DNA of 63,798 nucleotides, filler included, from Rhabdomonas costata (taxonomy: Eukaryota): NCBI GenBank assembly GCA_019059605.1. It is 47 parts of 47 records of this genome, joined end to end, with 100 filler letters (N's around TTAATTAATTAA, not from the genome) between each part and the next. Parts side by side here need not be neighbours in the genome. Positions count along the whole stretch, not along the records: positions 48,956 to 50,214 come from JAHMHO010021599.1; positions 50,315 to 51,573 come from JAHMHO010021600.1; positions 51,674 to 52,932 come from JAHMHO010021601.1; positions 53,033 to 54,283 come from JAHMHO010021602.1; positions 54,384 to 55,642 come from JAHMHO010021603.1; positions 55,743 to 57,001 come from JAHMHO010021604.1; positions 57,102 to 58,360 come from JAHMHO010021605.1; positions 58,461 to 59,719 come from JAHMHO010021606.1; 39 more parts are not named here. One strand, 5' to 3'. The notes beneath the pieces are model-generated. The model was not told the origin of the DNA. It saw nothing but the letters and a program-made list of their open reading frames with translations, and did not search any database. Made by a program: the position numbers and the translations under genes. Of the stretch, positions 49,242 through 62,362 are shown one piece after another. Positions within the stretch are counted from its first letter, which is position 1; each line of letters opens with the position of its first letter.

Positions 49242-51050
49242 CTAGGAGGGGAGAGGAGGTTTTCTTTTCATTGCAAACAAAACCAAACAAACTAAACAAC
49301 CTCTCAAACAAGGGTCCCTGCATAAAAAAGCTCTGCCCAGGTCACATGCACACACACCTAATGTGTCCTCTCAGCGGCAGCCCCAAGCTGCCAAAAAGCC
49401 CCAGACATCACACCCAGGGTCACGCCCCAACAGCCACCTCTAACGAGACCAACAGCTGTTTTCTTTTCGGGGAGGCGGAGAAGGGAGAAATTATTAACAA
49501 AACGTTGTGGCAAAAAAATCAGCGTTCTAAAAAAGAACAACTATGTCTTGGCGGATCGGGGACCGAAACCTGCCGCACCTGATTGTATATTGTTGAATTG
49601 GTGTGATGCGCAGGTTTTGTTTACATTTTCCTCCTTTTTCTCGTCTCGCATGCGCTTGGGGATGACCAAATCGCAACCACCACAGAAAAAATGGATCACA
49701 TTTCGTTCAACTGCAAAAAACCTGTGAAGAAAAAACCTCGTGGCCGGCACCATGACTCCTGTGTCTACATTCCATCGGAAAACACTCAGCCATTCCGGTA
49801 AGCAATGACCCCCACCCCCACACTCCGGCGAGCAGTGGGCACACATTACAACCCTAACTTTTATCCATTTTTCTTTGATGTCATAATTATGGTTCCAATA
49901 ATACCCTCGCGGTAACGTAGAAGCTCCCGGCCCTTCCTAAGTGCAACTGGATCTTGGAAAGCTTGTGTGCTGCCCACTATCGACTCGTGTGTAGTGTTGG
50001 GACTATACAAACAACCACGGCGTATAGTGCCCACTGCGAGGACTTATAATAATCTGTTTGCCGGGGGCCTATTATGGGTTTTTTGAAGTGGTTCACCGCA
50101 CGCGTCGCCAATGTTCAGTGAAAGACCCACGTGCAAACGGCAATTAGCAAATCGCAAATAACACTCAAGGAACAAGAGAGAAATGAAAAGCCGGAAGGTG
50201 GTAAGGGAGACGTANNNNNNNNNNNNNNNNNNNNNNNNNNNNNNNNNNNNNNNNNNNNTTAATTAATTAANNNNNNNNNNNNNNNNNNNNNNNNNNNNNN
50301 NNNNNNNNNNNNNNTGTGGTTGGTGTTTTCTCAATCCATATGGATTTGAGGGAATGTATACCTCACCAGAGACCTTGTTCAACAAGCTTGTTGGCGGTGC
50401 CCCCGCTTTATGGATCCTCCCAGATATCTGCGATTCCCAGTTTTCAGAATTGGTTTAGGAGCTGGTGAGTGTATGCAATTAAAGGAAGTGACAAAACTCA
50501 CTCAATAGACGAGGATTTGAAAAGGAAACTAATTCTGCCTTTTTGTCCCCTCTTCCCCTCGTGGGTCACGAAAACTGCGAAGTACCGTACATCTTTCTCA
50601 ACCTGGGACGTGGGACTTTTCGGGGGGACAGGGGACGAAAATTGACGACACGGATGTTATTTTATGAGCAGATTTTGCCTATGTTTGCCTGTTTGGGTCT
50701 ATTCTTACTTAATTTTGGCTAATTTTGAGCACTTTATCGTGGTTTCACTTCAGATTTGACTCTTTTGGGGGCCTCCTGGAGATTTCGCAAGCGAGCAAGG
50801 GAATGCCATCGTGCAGGAATTTCAGGGGTAGGACTGTGGGTTCGGGTCAAAAAGAGCCCTCGGGCAAGGAGTGCCAAAAAGTTTCTGAATTATTGTTATT
50901 TTTATTTTAATTGACTTTTATCAGGTGTTGTATTACGGGGAAATTGCGTGGAAGGGGGTGGGTTGGTTCCGCGAAGTTTCTTTCTCACATATTTGGGTGA
51001 AGAGCTCTGTGGGTGCTTTCTGTCAATGCGTGTTCTTCCTGCTGCCTCAG

Positions 51051-51161
51051 CGGTGATCACATGGGCGACCTTGAGCAGCTCCAGCATGTACACGCCTCGC
51101 GTTCACCATTGCGCAGTGGTGTACGATGGCAAGCTTCTTGTGATAGCTGGGCAGGGCCAAG
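51051..51161 (+). CDS. Kelch-repeat exon
   Basis: W.......YTPRVHHCAVVYDGKLLVIAG with CAG| and |GTAAG ends. Confidence 0.75.
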
Positions 51162-51673
51162 GTAAGCTCCCGAACCGCAAATGCCTTGTTCCCTTTTATC
51201 GGGAAGCTTTGTTGTCTGTTCGTTCATAAGCACGACCGACCGTACGCGTTTATGATTGCGCTGTACACTATGGGTTCTCATACCACGCACGCGCCTTTGA
51301 ATCTCATTGACGCTGCTCTGAAAGCTTCCATTCCCGGACCTTGTCCCTTCGCTGAAAAGGACCAGATATGCTGTTTTCTCCTGCGTATACCCGCACATCA
51401 ATCGTCGACCTTTTTCCAATGCTCACCTCCAAAGAAATAGCAACCTGTGGAAACAACACCAACCCCTTTAACTGTTCTTGAATTGCTGGCAAACTTCGAC
51501 TCCTCGGATTGTCCATTGAAATCAGTGAGTACTTGAATCGCAACCTCCCCTCCCCCACAACACCGATTTTCTTNNNNNNNNNNNNNNNNNNNNNNNNNNN
51601 NNNNNNNNNNNNNNNNNTTAATTAATTAANNNNNNNNNNNNNNNNNNNNNNNNNNNNNNNNNNNNNNNNNNNN

Positions 51674-52823
51674 GGGTGTTGGGTGTGGTGGTGCCGGCGC
51701 GGTCGCAGCTGAAGGTTGTGGTGGGGTTCTGCCCGATGAGGGTGCTGCGGGCGGACAGTAACGTGGAGCTGAGGTTCTGGGCCGCCCCGGCCCCGGGCTC
51801 GCAGCGGAAGGAGCGCAGCGAGGTTGCCACCACAGTGGTGTTCTTGGACGGCCAGGTCTGCTCGGGCTTCTGCTGTGGCCCCCTCCCCCTTAACTCGGAC
51901 ACACGAACATCACCGCTCGCCAGTGGCGATCGATTCCAGTCCATTTCAAACCAACCGCGCGCGAGTTGTGGAGACGGGAGCCTCATGGAAACCCGCAACC
52001 CCCATTACAGTGCGGCTCACGCTGGTGTGAGCCTGGAATAAGGGCAGCATAAGGGAAGCAGAGACCTCCTGACCTCCGTGTGTGGGCTCTGGTGCGTTTC
52101 GTTTCGGTATGTTCAGCCGCTGGTTCTGCTTTTAGGGCGCGGATGTGCCGATTGTCGTGGCGGACCCCGCGCGGCGGGTGCTGGACTTCCACTGCTGCTG
52201 CTTTGGGGTGCTCCACCGTGACACCGCGGTGTTTCACAGCCGGGGGCGGTCCTCGATGCGGTGCCAGCCCGTGGCCCCGCCCGAGCTCCGCAAGTACCTC
52301 AAGTTCATCCCCAAAGTTGGTGTGCCTGAGGGATAGGAGCAAGAGCTATACAGTCCTCCAGATTGAGAACGTGCGCACCCGCCCGCGGCGGAAACATCAG
52401 TGGATATGTTTGACACCCAGCAAGCAGACACAGTAAAGGAGTGATTTTGGGTGCTTTTTCCGTGAGGCGATGTGACATATGAATATCTCTGTCCTCAACT
52501 CTTTCATTTTTTTGTTTTTTTGCTTTCCCCTGAGTTGTGGGTTCCCCCGTCAAACCCTCCGGCTGCAGCGGGCAAGAAGCGGCACAAGATTGCACAGTAT
52601 ACATGAGCCGCCAAAAATAGAAGTGACTGGCCTGGGGTGCATGGACCAGCGCGCAGCCGTTTCCTGTGCTTGGATTACAATCTCTCTGTCTCAGGGTTTA
52701 TCCAACCTGGGAAGGATCTGGGCTTTCTGATCGAGTTCCGCCCCGAGGCCGCGATCCTGACTGAGGCAGCGCGGTTCATCAACCCGGAGACATCCCAGGT
52801 GGACATTCCTCTGCTCATCTCTG
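51674..52823 (+). CDS. CFAP74: Cilia- and flagella-associated protein 74-like; exons 51674-51855, 52136-52319, 52695-52823
   Basis: G.DVPI......LDFHCC.FG.LHRD.....R...MR.....P.EL..YL.FIPK.GFIQ.......EF.P resembles the CFAP74 ASH-domain region. The three exons join in frame. Confidence 0.7.
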
Positions 52824-53381
52824 GTCGTTCCCCCTCTACCGACACATACATGCGGCAAAGGGATGGCAGGTCTCTTCACACCATTCACACCAAAAGCAAC
52901 GCATTGCGATTAGTGCGACTTCGCTCACTCGCNNNNNNNNNNNNNNNNNNNNNNNNNNNNNNNNNNNNNNNNNNNNTTAATTAATTAANNNNNNNNNNNN
53001 NNNNNNNNNNNNNNNNNNNNNNNNNNNNNNNNGGTGTGTGTGCACGACTGGCAAGTAAATTAGATTTGTACAGCCACAAGCCAACGATAAACCAAGGCGA
53101 TCGGAGTTCAAGCTTCCACAACAGACCTCAACAGAAAAACACGAACTTTCCCTACCCCCGTCTGAGACACACTGGTTCTCCCTCCCGACATCCCCTGGTC
53201 CGATTGACAATCGTGTCAAAAGTTCAACTTTGTGGCACTGTCCATTTGTGCAGGGGACAACCGTACCATGTACAGTGACATGGGACAACCTGTCATTATC
53301 CAACAAAAATAACAAAAATTATCCGAAATTTTCGTCTCAACATCCAAACTTTCAAAAAGAAGTACAAACACACACACAAAC

Positions 53382-54283
53382 CGATAAGAATGGAGTTGAC
53401 CCTGTAGTATACGTCCTGCCCAGCCAGCCGATAGCACGCACTGTACAGCCCAGCCACTAGCGTGCCCACCGCGCTGAGATTCATGGCCTGGGCCTGCGCC
53501 GCCGTGACGGGCCCCACTGCCGCCCCATCAGAGACGTTGCCGCATCCCGAGGCACCAGTAAACAGCGCCACCGTGTCCAGAGCGGGCTGAAGCGACGCAC
53601 CCCCGCCGAAGCTGAGGTTCAGGTTGGCGGTGAATAGCGTGGGAAAGGCCGGAGAATGCGTCACAGCGGTCGGAGGAGACGCTGCCACAGAAGCACCCCA
53701 CAGTTCGGAAGGTTACCAAAGATGGAACGGAAAATCACACAGGTGTGCGGCCCCACTGGAAGACACGAGGGGTGAGGCAATGCGTGAGTATGCAAGAGAT
53801 GTGTGCGTGTCTGTGTCAAGCATTGGGGAGCAGATAGGGGGAGAAGGGGAAGGATGAGGGAGGTGGGCACGAATCTCTCTCCAAAGGGAACATACACTCA
53901 GAGGAAGGTGTGCGACCACAGTGAACAGTAAACGTTTAAAATATTTAAATATAAATATTTTAAAAAATAGATAGATTGGGGGGGGGGGCGCCAAAGATTA
54001 TGTAGCTCGCGAGAAACAAAGGTCCTGATGGGAAAGTCAGGCGCTATAAAAATGACAACACTTGCAAACAGAGATATTCCCGCCCCTCACCAAAAAACTC
54101 CGTGTCACACAAATAGAATCACGTGAAGCAACTCAGCTTACCAAGGCACCCGCTGAAGCTGAAGCTCTCTCTAGTGGCCCCGCAGCTCAGCGTGACCGTG
54201 CCTGAGCAACCTGTGCAGCACCGCACCCCAGTGCACTGCGCCACGGCCACCAACCCAGCGCAGTCCGCGTCACCCACCAACAC
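53382..54283 (-). CDS. Cys-containing surface/secreted-type protein, exons 54283-54142 and 53681-53382
   Basis: Phase-1 GTAAG/CAG join; DTVALF....C...GLYSACYRLAG beta-rich module. Confidence 0.55.
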
Positions 54284-55742
54284 NNNNNNNNNNNNNNNNN
54301 NNNNNNNNNNNNNNNNNNNNNNNNNNNTTAATTAATTAANNNNNNNNNNNNNNNNNNNNNNNNNNNNNNNNNNNNNNNNNNNNGTTGTGGGGGGAATAAT
54401 ACCATATGTTGTGGTCTTGCTCCGCACGTACCGGCCGTGGCTAATACGCACGGGCACCGCGGGTACTGAACAATCTGAGTGACCATGTTAACATGCGAAG
54501 TCAACAGCTGCTTTTGCGAGAATTTGGACGTTGATGGCACTGAAGTGGATGGATTCGAAGCTTCTAAAACGAATCGTCTGTATGTGCTCTAGTATCCGCT
54601 TTCCAAACACTCCGTTATTAAAAATGTCGCTCTCAGCAAATAACGCTTTTTATCAACAAATACATCACAAAAAGGTGACTTTCGTGAAATATGATGATCG
54701 GTCAATGAAGGCTACTTCAAAGATTCAACGAACGCACACTTTTACCGATGGCATGTAAAAAGACGACCTAAAATGTAGTGTGGCCTCTTCTCATCTGTCA
54801 CTCCAGTCATTAGCACGCTTTGCCAAGCAGTCAGCCTTCCGATAAACATCATATACGCAGTAAAAACAGGCTTTGAGGCTGCTTTTTGCATCACAAGAGG
54901 AGTGAAGCCGCACGTCCGTCCATCCGCAAACGCCCATGTTTATCCGCAATCACAAGTGCGGTGGGTTATGGGCATGGAATCATCCCGGCATCCCAAACGG
55001 CCAAATGTATGCGCCCAACCCCACCCCACCAAACACAGTGGCAACGGTTAGAGTGGAACGCAGTCTGTCAAAATTTCCGCGCATAAACATCCCCATCCCC
55101 GAATGCCCCGAATGGACAGACAAGACGAATGGAGGAACGGTCTGGCACATGGGACTTTCACACTCACAGGTGTTCAGTCACCCCCCGCCACCGAGATCCC
55201 ATGGCGGGCCCCGGAGGCCCCGGAGGCCGGGACTGTGCAACTCCGGCCAGAGAACCAACTCCGGGCCCAGCAGTGGCTACAACCCCTGAAACCGAAGCGG
55301 ACATGGTCCACACTCTCAACCCCACACAACCCCCACCACACGGACACACTTCGAGGTGGCACCAATCGGCAAAGATAGTCAGGCAACTAATGGACACCTC
55401 AGTCAGCTCGCAAGCAACCCCGGCGGATACCCAGAAATCGGCCCCTGGGGCACAGGGGAACCCACGGACCAGTTCGGAGCAGGCTTCCACGGCACCCCGG
55501 CTTTGGACCCCTTCCGGGCCCACTACCACCTTCAGCTACCCACTACCCCTTCCGCTGCGCGGGCGCATCTGGATCTACACTCACGCCCACTTATGCGCCT
55601 TTCGCAGCTATCTGTGCCGGCTCCACTGTCCCGCCACCACCCNNNNNNNNNNNNNNNNNNNNNNNNNNNNNNNNNNNNNNNNNNNNTTAATTAATTAANN
55701 NNNNNNNNNNNNNNNNNNNNNNNNNNNNNNNNNNNNNNNNNN

Positions 55743-55895
55743 GGGGGGTTGTTCACGGACAACCGCGGCCGCTCCTCGCACCGCTGCAGTACCCCCGGGC
55801 CGGCGGCGTACTGCCCCGAGAGCTGTTTCACCTCCAGGGTCCGCGGGGGAGTGATCACCCGCGAGCCAGGAGAAGCCGCAGCGCCGCCTCCACCC
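55743..55895 (+). CDS. SHIPPO/ODF3-like PGP-repeat protein, partial exon
   Basis: TPGPAAYCP motif in a GC-rich frame ending at |GTACG. Confidence 0.5.
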
Positions 55896-57101
55896 GTACG
55901 TTTGCATTTGCTTCCGCACCCGCATTTGGCCCGAGTGTTGGGTGTTGGGAGTGGGGAACCTCATGGGGAATGGGGGTGGTCAGCGGTGTTGACGGTTTTT
56001 GGTGGGCTGTATGGGAAAGGCACACGTCGGAGAGTAGGGCATGAAGATAGGCAACATTTCGGGTTTCCAGGGTAGCTTTACAACAGGGCGGATTTGTATA
56101 GCTTCTCACTTTTCACAGGCCAGCTCTCTTTCCTACTTAGAGAGCAAGGCTGCCTGGAGACAATGAGACTCAACCGCCTCACCAGCGAGTTTGCAAGAAG
56201 CAATTGTGCAGGAAAAATATCGGTTTTGGGTTGGTGCACAGCAATCAGCACACTCACATGCACGAAAGGAAAGCCGACGTCAGCCAATACGGCGGGGAAA
56301 GTAACCGCAGCATTCAGTTCTTCTCAGGGCTGGCCCTTCACGCGTGAGCCAGGGTCCCGCGGGGCGCGCACCCCTTGGTAGGAGGTCGCCACAGACCCCC
56401 TACCACACACAACCTGGAGACACCAGGAAGGGCAACCCACAGCTCACGATCTACGAGCTGAGAGCATGCCGGCACAGGCGTGGTTCCAAATGTCTGCTGC
56501 GTTGGGCTGTACTGCCTCCATATCATCGCCCCTTCCAGGCAAACAGGAACTTTTTTTTACAGTTGAAAGAAAATTTTGAAACGGGGGGGGGGTCACCCAC
56601 TCCTTGACGCTCTGGCACTCGCGGATATGTGGTGTGTGGTACGGTGTGGGGCGTTTCTCCCTCATTCTCTCCAATTCCTGAATGTCTGCCTCTGGCGTGC
56701 TGGTACAGCCCAGTGGTCTGACAGGCGGGGACGTTTGCCTTTGCCGAATTTCCCGGTGGGACCTTGCCTCGCCTTCTCGCTATCTTTCAAGTGTGTGGCG
56801 CATGTCGCCGTTCTCCACATGGGAGGCTTTCATGAGAAGAGTGTTTTGTACGGGGTCCATGAAAAGCTCACGGGGACGACCGCCTCCTAGGTGTGCCTTG
56901 CACTCCGCAGAATGGTCAAATGGCGCACGACTGTGGTTCGACCTCGCATCAGCCGGAGAGTAGTACGCTGAACGTACAAAAATCATATGCACCACCACCC
57001 CNNNNNNNNNNNNNNNNNNNNNNNNNNNNNNNNNNNNNNNNNNNNTTAATTAATTAANNNNNNNNNNNNNNNNNNNNNNNNNNNNNNNNNNNNNNNNNNN
57101 N

Positions 57102-57204
57102 TCTGTGGGTGATACGGCGACGATCTCCTGAGCTGAACATCCAGAAACTTCATCAGCTCTTTCCAAAACAACGAGATGAACACCGAGTCCCGATCACTCA
57201 CAAT
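57102..57204 (-). mobile_element. Ty3/gypsy integrase core remnant, probably within a CDKL intron
   Basis: IVSDRDSVFISLFWKELMKFLDVQLRRSSPYHPQ. Confidence 0.85.
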
Positions 57205-57719
57205 GGACCATGACTTCTTCCAACGCGGCTTGAAACCGGAACCTCCTTCCTTTTTTGTGGAGCGCTTGCAGGTATGTCCACTTTAACGCGCTCAGCTGCG
57301 ACGTGCAGAGATGTCCGTCTTGGCAGTGGTTCTCCACGTCTACTTCTTGTCTTAGTGCTTTCCTCAGGTTTCCCCGTTACCTGCTGCCGGCACCTCTTGC
57401 AGGCTCCTCGACACGGGTGTATAATTGAAGAGTTTTTGTGACAGGGGCTGAGGATTTTGGAAGAGATGGACAAGGCGGGGAGAGAAATCAACATCACTTT
57501 GCGGAAGACCATTTTCACCACAGCATGTGAGAAAATGAGAAGAGAGTCGGGGAAAAAAGCAAAAAGAAATAGAGCTGGCCATGTGATGTTGTCGAGAGTC
57601 AGAGAGGAAGGGAGGGAGGCAGGGAGGGAGGGGAAATTGTGCATGTCAATTTGGTGTTGTGTAGAGTAGGTTAAAAGCTGAGAGCAGACCATTTCCACGA
57701 AAACACAAAAGGTTCACAC

Positions 57720-58256
57720 GTTGTTGTCGTGGCAATACTCGACGCCCTTCAGCAGCTGGTAAGCACATTTCTTCACCTCAAGCTCTGAAAACCCATAGGG
57801 ATGCTTCTCCAGCTCCTCCAGTATGGTTTTCTCGACATACTCGAAGACCAGGTACAACTTTCCTGAGAAAGTTGCACGCACACTCACACGCAAACGGCAC
57901 ATGCGCAGAATGACACGTACCTTAAACAAGCGAACACACAGAGATGGCTTTTGAGATGAAGCTTTGATATGGTTTTGTGATGAAATGAACCCCTAACGCT
58001 GATGTTGCTTTGCGTGCCCTTGATGTGAATCTCTCATTTGTTTTCGTGTGGTAGCCTCGACCCGCCACGCCGCAAGCGAATCCACTCGGCAGGCAAGGCT
58101 TAAATGGAGAGGGTCAAACAGTGTGTTCAAACTGTTTGTTCTCTGAGACTCACGAACACCCAAGGACACTTGTACAAGTACACCTGTGCACGTACAGAGC
58201 GCACCTTTTCTTCTGAACACCTCCACGAGATTAACAATGTTGTCGTGTTTCAGTTG
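57720..58256 (-). CDS. CDKL-family (CMGC) protein kinase, exons 58256-58205 and 57862-57720
   Basis: QLKHDNIVNLVEVFRRKG|KLYLVFEYVEKTILEELE is diagnostic of CDKL kinases; GT-AG join in phase 1. Confidence 0.9.
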
Positions 58257-59869
58257 CTGCGAGGAAAAGAAAAAGTTGTCAAACCGGCGTGCAAAAGAAT
58301 TTCCAAGGAGCAAACAAAGGAAGGTGCACGCCTTGAGAATTCGGACTTCACACAACCACCNNNNNNNNNNNNNNNNNNNNNNNNNNNNNNNNNNNNNNNN
58401 NNNNTTAATTAATTAANNNNNNNNNNNNNNNNNNNNNNNNNNNNNNNNNNNNNNNNNNNNTGTTGTGGGGTTATCATCTCATCATTTCCTTCCATCAACT
58501 CTTCGAGAGGTTTGCGGGCGGATTGTCTACCGCAGCATTGTGCGTGCAGAGTGCAGCACGGTGCACACTACGCACGCGACCACACCTGAAACAGAATGTA
58601 CGACCGAAATGTGAGGTGTTCCACAATTTGCACAGGGACCTCGAGAATTCTAAAGGAAGTGCTCAAATACTAGTGGCATCACTCCTATTTCAAGAGACGG
58701 GGTTTTCGGTGCGAGATTGCAATTCATCGTGATGAGTACGGAGGGCAGAAACATACAGTTTCAGGGTGCAATCCGACACAGTGACCTCCCTGTGGATCTG
58801 TGTGGGTGGAAGCTCCTCGTCTACAGAAACCGTGTTGCCAGCAACCCGAGCCTCACTTGACGAAGGAAACTGGAAGGCAAGCTCACTAAAGAGATAGAGA
58901 GATAGGTGTGGGCAGGCGGGAGGGTGAGTGCTAATGTGCGAACCTCAACCGTCTCAACCGTCATCCACAACGGGCTGACGACAACCGTTCGAAATCGTTG
59001 GGAGCGATGTTGAGGCATAAGAATGCTGCACACTCCTCAATCGACAGTATTGCTTCATTGCATCAACCCCCACCACCACCAGCGCGGATCCACTGTTCCG
59101 TTGGCTTGGGTTGGTTTGGCAGTGATGTGCTGCTGGCTGTGCGGCTGCTGACGAACAGTGCGCTTGTTATCCAACGTTCGGGTAAAAGGAGGAAGGGAAG
59201 GTTGTGAAGATTCGCAGTGGTTAAATCTTTGCCTGGGAATTCGCAGGAGAACGACGCCAGGACTAAAAGCCGGTCAGTATTTTCTCGAATTAAGAAAGGT
59301 GGAAGCACAGGAGCGGGGGAAGGGGAACCAAACAAAACGTACCAGCGGTAGGGAAAATCGGATGCATCTGAATTCATGCTGCCGTGCAAGCCCACGCGCA
59401 AATACACGAGAATACGAAAGGGCAAATGTTGCACACGCCAAACAAGAAGTGGAACTGTTCGAAGAAAGCAGAAAAGCAGAAGAGCAGTCAGAAATTCCAA
59501 GGACAACAGAAAACGGGGATCTGCTCAGGACTGAATGGACTGACATGGACATGACAATTCAAAAATGAAAAAATGCTGGAGTGAGAAAGCCTGAACTTTT
59601 TCCATGTCAATCTCTGGATGAGCATCACTGCTCCAGACCTGTTTGCCTTGTAACCAAAAAGGGAGGGTGCTCAGTTCCATAATAGAAGTGCTGCTACTCT
59701 ACCAAACCGAAGCCACAACNNNNNNNNNNNNNNNNNNNNNNNNNNNNNNNNNNNNNNNNNNNNTTAATTAATTAANNNNNNNNNNNNNNNNNNNNNNNNN
59801 NNNNNNNNNNNNNNNNNNNTGTTCGGTTTCTCTTCCATTTGTTTTTTAAACCCTAAAATAGGCGGAAAA

Positions 59870-60830
59870 AAATGTGGAGGCGTGCGGCCCAATGCGCCAT
59901 ACTTCGGAGAACAGCGTCAAAGTGCGTGCTGGAGAGGGTGCTTCCAGTGGCTATTTTCTCCCCATTCAGGTCGGGATGCAAGTGCCAGATGCTGCTAAAC
60001 TCGTCGCCCGCAAAGCTCGTCGATGGCTTCAAGATGCCTCGAAGACCCACACTGTCCTTCTGTTGGACATCAAAAAAGGCGTTCAACAGCATACGCGAAA
60101 TGCTCAGAGAGGTCCGAGCTCGACTTCCGGCGGTTCTCCCGTTCGTGTTAGCCTACCCTGTTCCAACAGCAGTCTTTTGCGACGGGTTCAGGTTTGTCCA
60201 CTTGATGTGTTCAACAACTGAAGCTTGAAGAATTGGGTCTGGACTTTCAGCATTGGTTTCTGGATGACGCGCATTTGGCCGGTGAATGTTCGGCTCTTGG
60301 CAAAACAGCTTTCTACCAAGTCCCAGCTTCAGCCTCTCGGACTCATCCTCAACGCAAGCAAGTGCAGACTGTTCCAACAACGCGGCACCTGCGAAGAACC
60401 TGGCAAATATTCCTAAGGTGCAGCCGCAGGATGGCCTGGTGGTTTTGGGAGTCCCCGTGGGTGCGGACGAGTTCGTCACCCGCGAAATTGAGCGAAAAGC
60501 AGATGAGGTTGCGCTGATGATGGAGCGTCTTGAGTGGCTCGGCTCCAGCCTTTCGGAGTTTCTCATCCTGAGATCGTGCTTGGGTTCCTGCCGGGTCAAT
60601 TTCTTTCTCAGATCACTTGAGTTTCGCCATGGAGAGCATTTGGCTCGGCGTATCTCAGGTAGTTTGAAGAACTCGTTAAGCTCGATGCTGGGAATTTCCC
60701 TGGATGACTCTCAGGACCGCCTCGCCTGCCTCAGATGCCTTCTCGGGGGCTTGACCTTCAGGACCCGGTCGTGGCACATGGACCGTCAAAACCTGAGTGC
60801 GTGTCTCACTTTCGCTGCCAGCTCCGTTTC
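59870..60830 (+). mobile_element. Frameshifted non-LTR retrotransposon reverse transcriptase, CRE-clade-like
   Basis: GGVRP, LRRTASK, PIQVGM, LLDIK.AFNSI, WFLDD, GLILNASKC, VLGVPVG..EFV, ILRSC...RVNFFLRS and LGGL occur in order across frames. Confidence 0.85.
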
Positions 60831-62189
60831 GATCCCGGAGTCTCTGTGCATGGGGACGGCTCCGTGATGATTTCTCTCTGCCTTTTGAGCTGCTGCCTGA
60901 CCCGTCTCCGCTCACCCCCCTTGACAGTACAGCCGATCGAAAAAGCAAAGCTGGTGGTCTACTCTGGTTTGCACGAAAGTTGACCTGGCATGGGAACGCG
61001 GGGGCCCTCTTCGAATGCGGAAGGTGAAGGAGTTGGCTGCTGCGCGGAATTGTTTAGCTTCGAAGAGGGCCCCCACACCCNNNNNNNNNNNNNNNNNNNN
61101 NNNNNNNNNNNNNNNNNNNNNNNNTTAATTAATTAANNNNNNNNNNNNNNNNNNNNNNNNNNNNNNNNNNNNNNNNNNNNTGCGCAGAAGGGACTGCACC
61201 CCATTCCCCGCTTCCATTCAACGCCATACTTCACAGAACGAATCAAAAATAAAGAAAGAGCAACACACCCCGCATATTTCACAAGGAATCAAGTCCCATG
61301 ATGAAGGAATACCCTCGCCAGTTCTTTGAGGCACTTTCTCTTCAGTGGAGGGCTGCCAACAGGAAAGACGATGTAATAAGACACTTGGCAAACAAGCATG
61401 CAGTGCCCCGACAACACAGTGACGGTCTGGTCCATTTCGCTGGTGATGGGGGTTTAATTTTAATAGGCGCTCCTGACATGCATCCCCTGGTGAGGTTATT
61501 TGGTCTCGCAAGGGGTTAGGGGGCAACGCATGGCACACATGACATGCAAAGATGAAGCTAGAGAAAAATGTTACACGTCTGTCCTTTTAAAGGCTCCGTT
61601 CGCACCAATTGACATCAAAGACATACTACCGCACACTGCGATCTGTCTTGCCACTTCCCTGCCTTTTGTTCCACACGCCATCACCAAAAGTACCTTTGAC
61701 GACCCATTATCACAGTATTTATACAGTATTTATGTAAATTCCAGCTAGGTCGATGGACGTGTCACTTATTCGATACACGTTTGGCGGAGTCGATTTGGCA
61801 AGTCCGGTTATCTGAAATAAATCACAGGCACCGTTCGCGATCGTATGCTGCATTGATGACTCAAGTAGTTTTCATTGGGAACGATATGTCGCTAAACAAA
61901 ATCACATTCTCCCTTTGTTGGTAAACTCAGAGGATAAATTTTTTTTGTTAAAAATTAAACGAACGTGTGCCGTCATCGTACTCAACAATACTGTACCAAT
62001 GTTAGTAAAAGACAGCGCCGCAAGGCAAGTTCAAGCGGCCTTACTGCACACGAGAAAACCCTGTCAACAGAGGATAGCTTTCATGTCTCAACGGCAGCGC
62101 AACAAGAGCAACCGAAACGTCCCTTTTTATTTTAACCTTCCACTTTTCTCTGAAATCCGTGCCTTCTTTAAAGAACACGTCCAGTTTTG

Positions 62190-62362
62190 AAATTTGTCCT
62201 CCGAAGCTTGCCCTTCTTGATTTAGTCCTTTTTGATTTTTGTCCTTTTTCAAATTTTGTCCTTTTTTGATTTTTGTCCTTTCTTGAATTTTGTACTTTTT
62301 ATGAATTTTGTCCCTTTTTTTTTAAAAAATAAAGCTTGTCCTTTTTTGAACTTTGTCCTTTA
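62190..62362 (+). repeat. Degenerate ~17-18-bp tandem repeat (TTTTGTCCTTTTTTGA-like)
   Basis: About nine TTGTCC-cored units separated by T-tracts. Confidence 0.75.
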
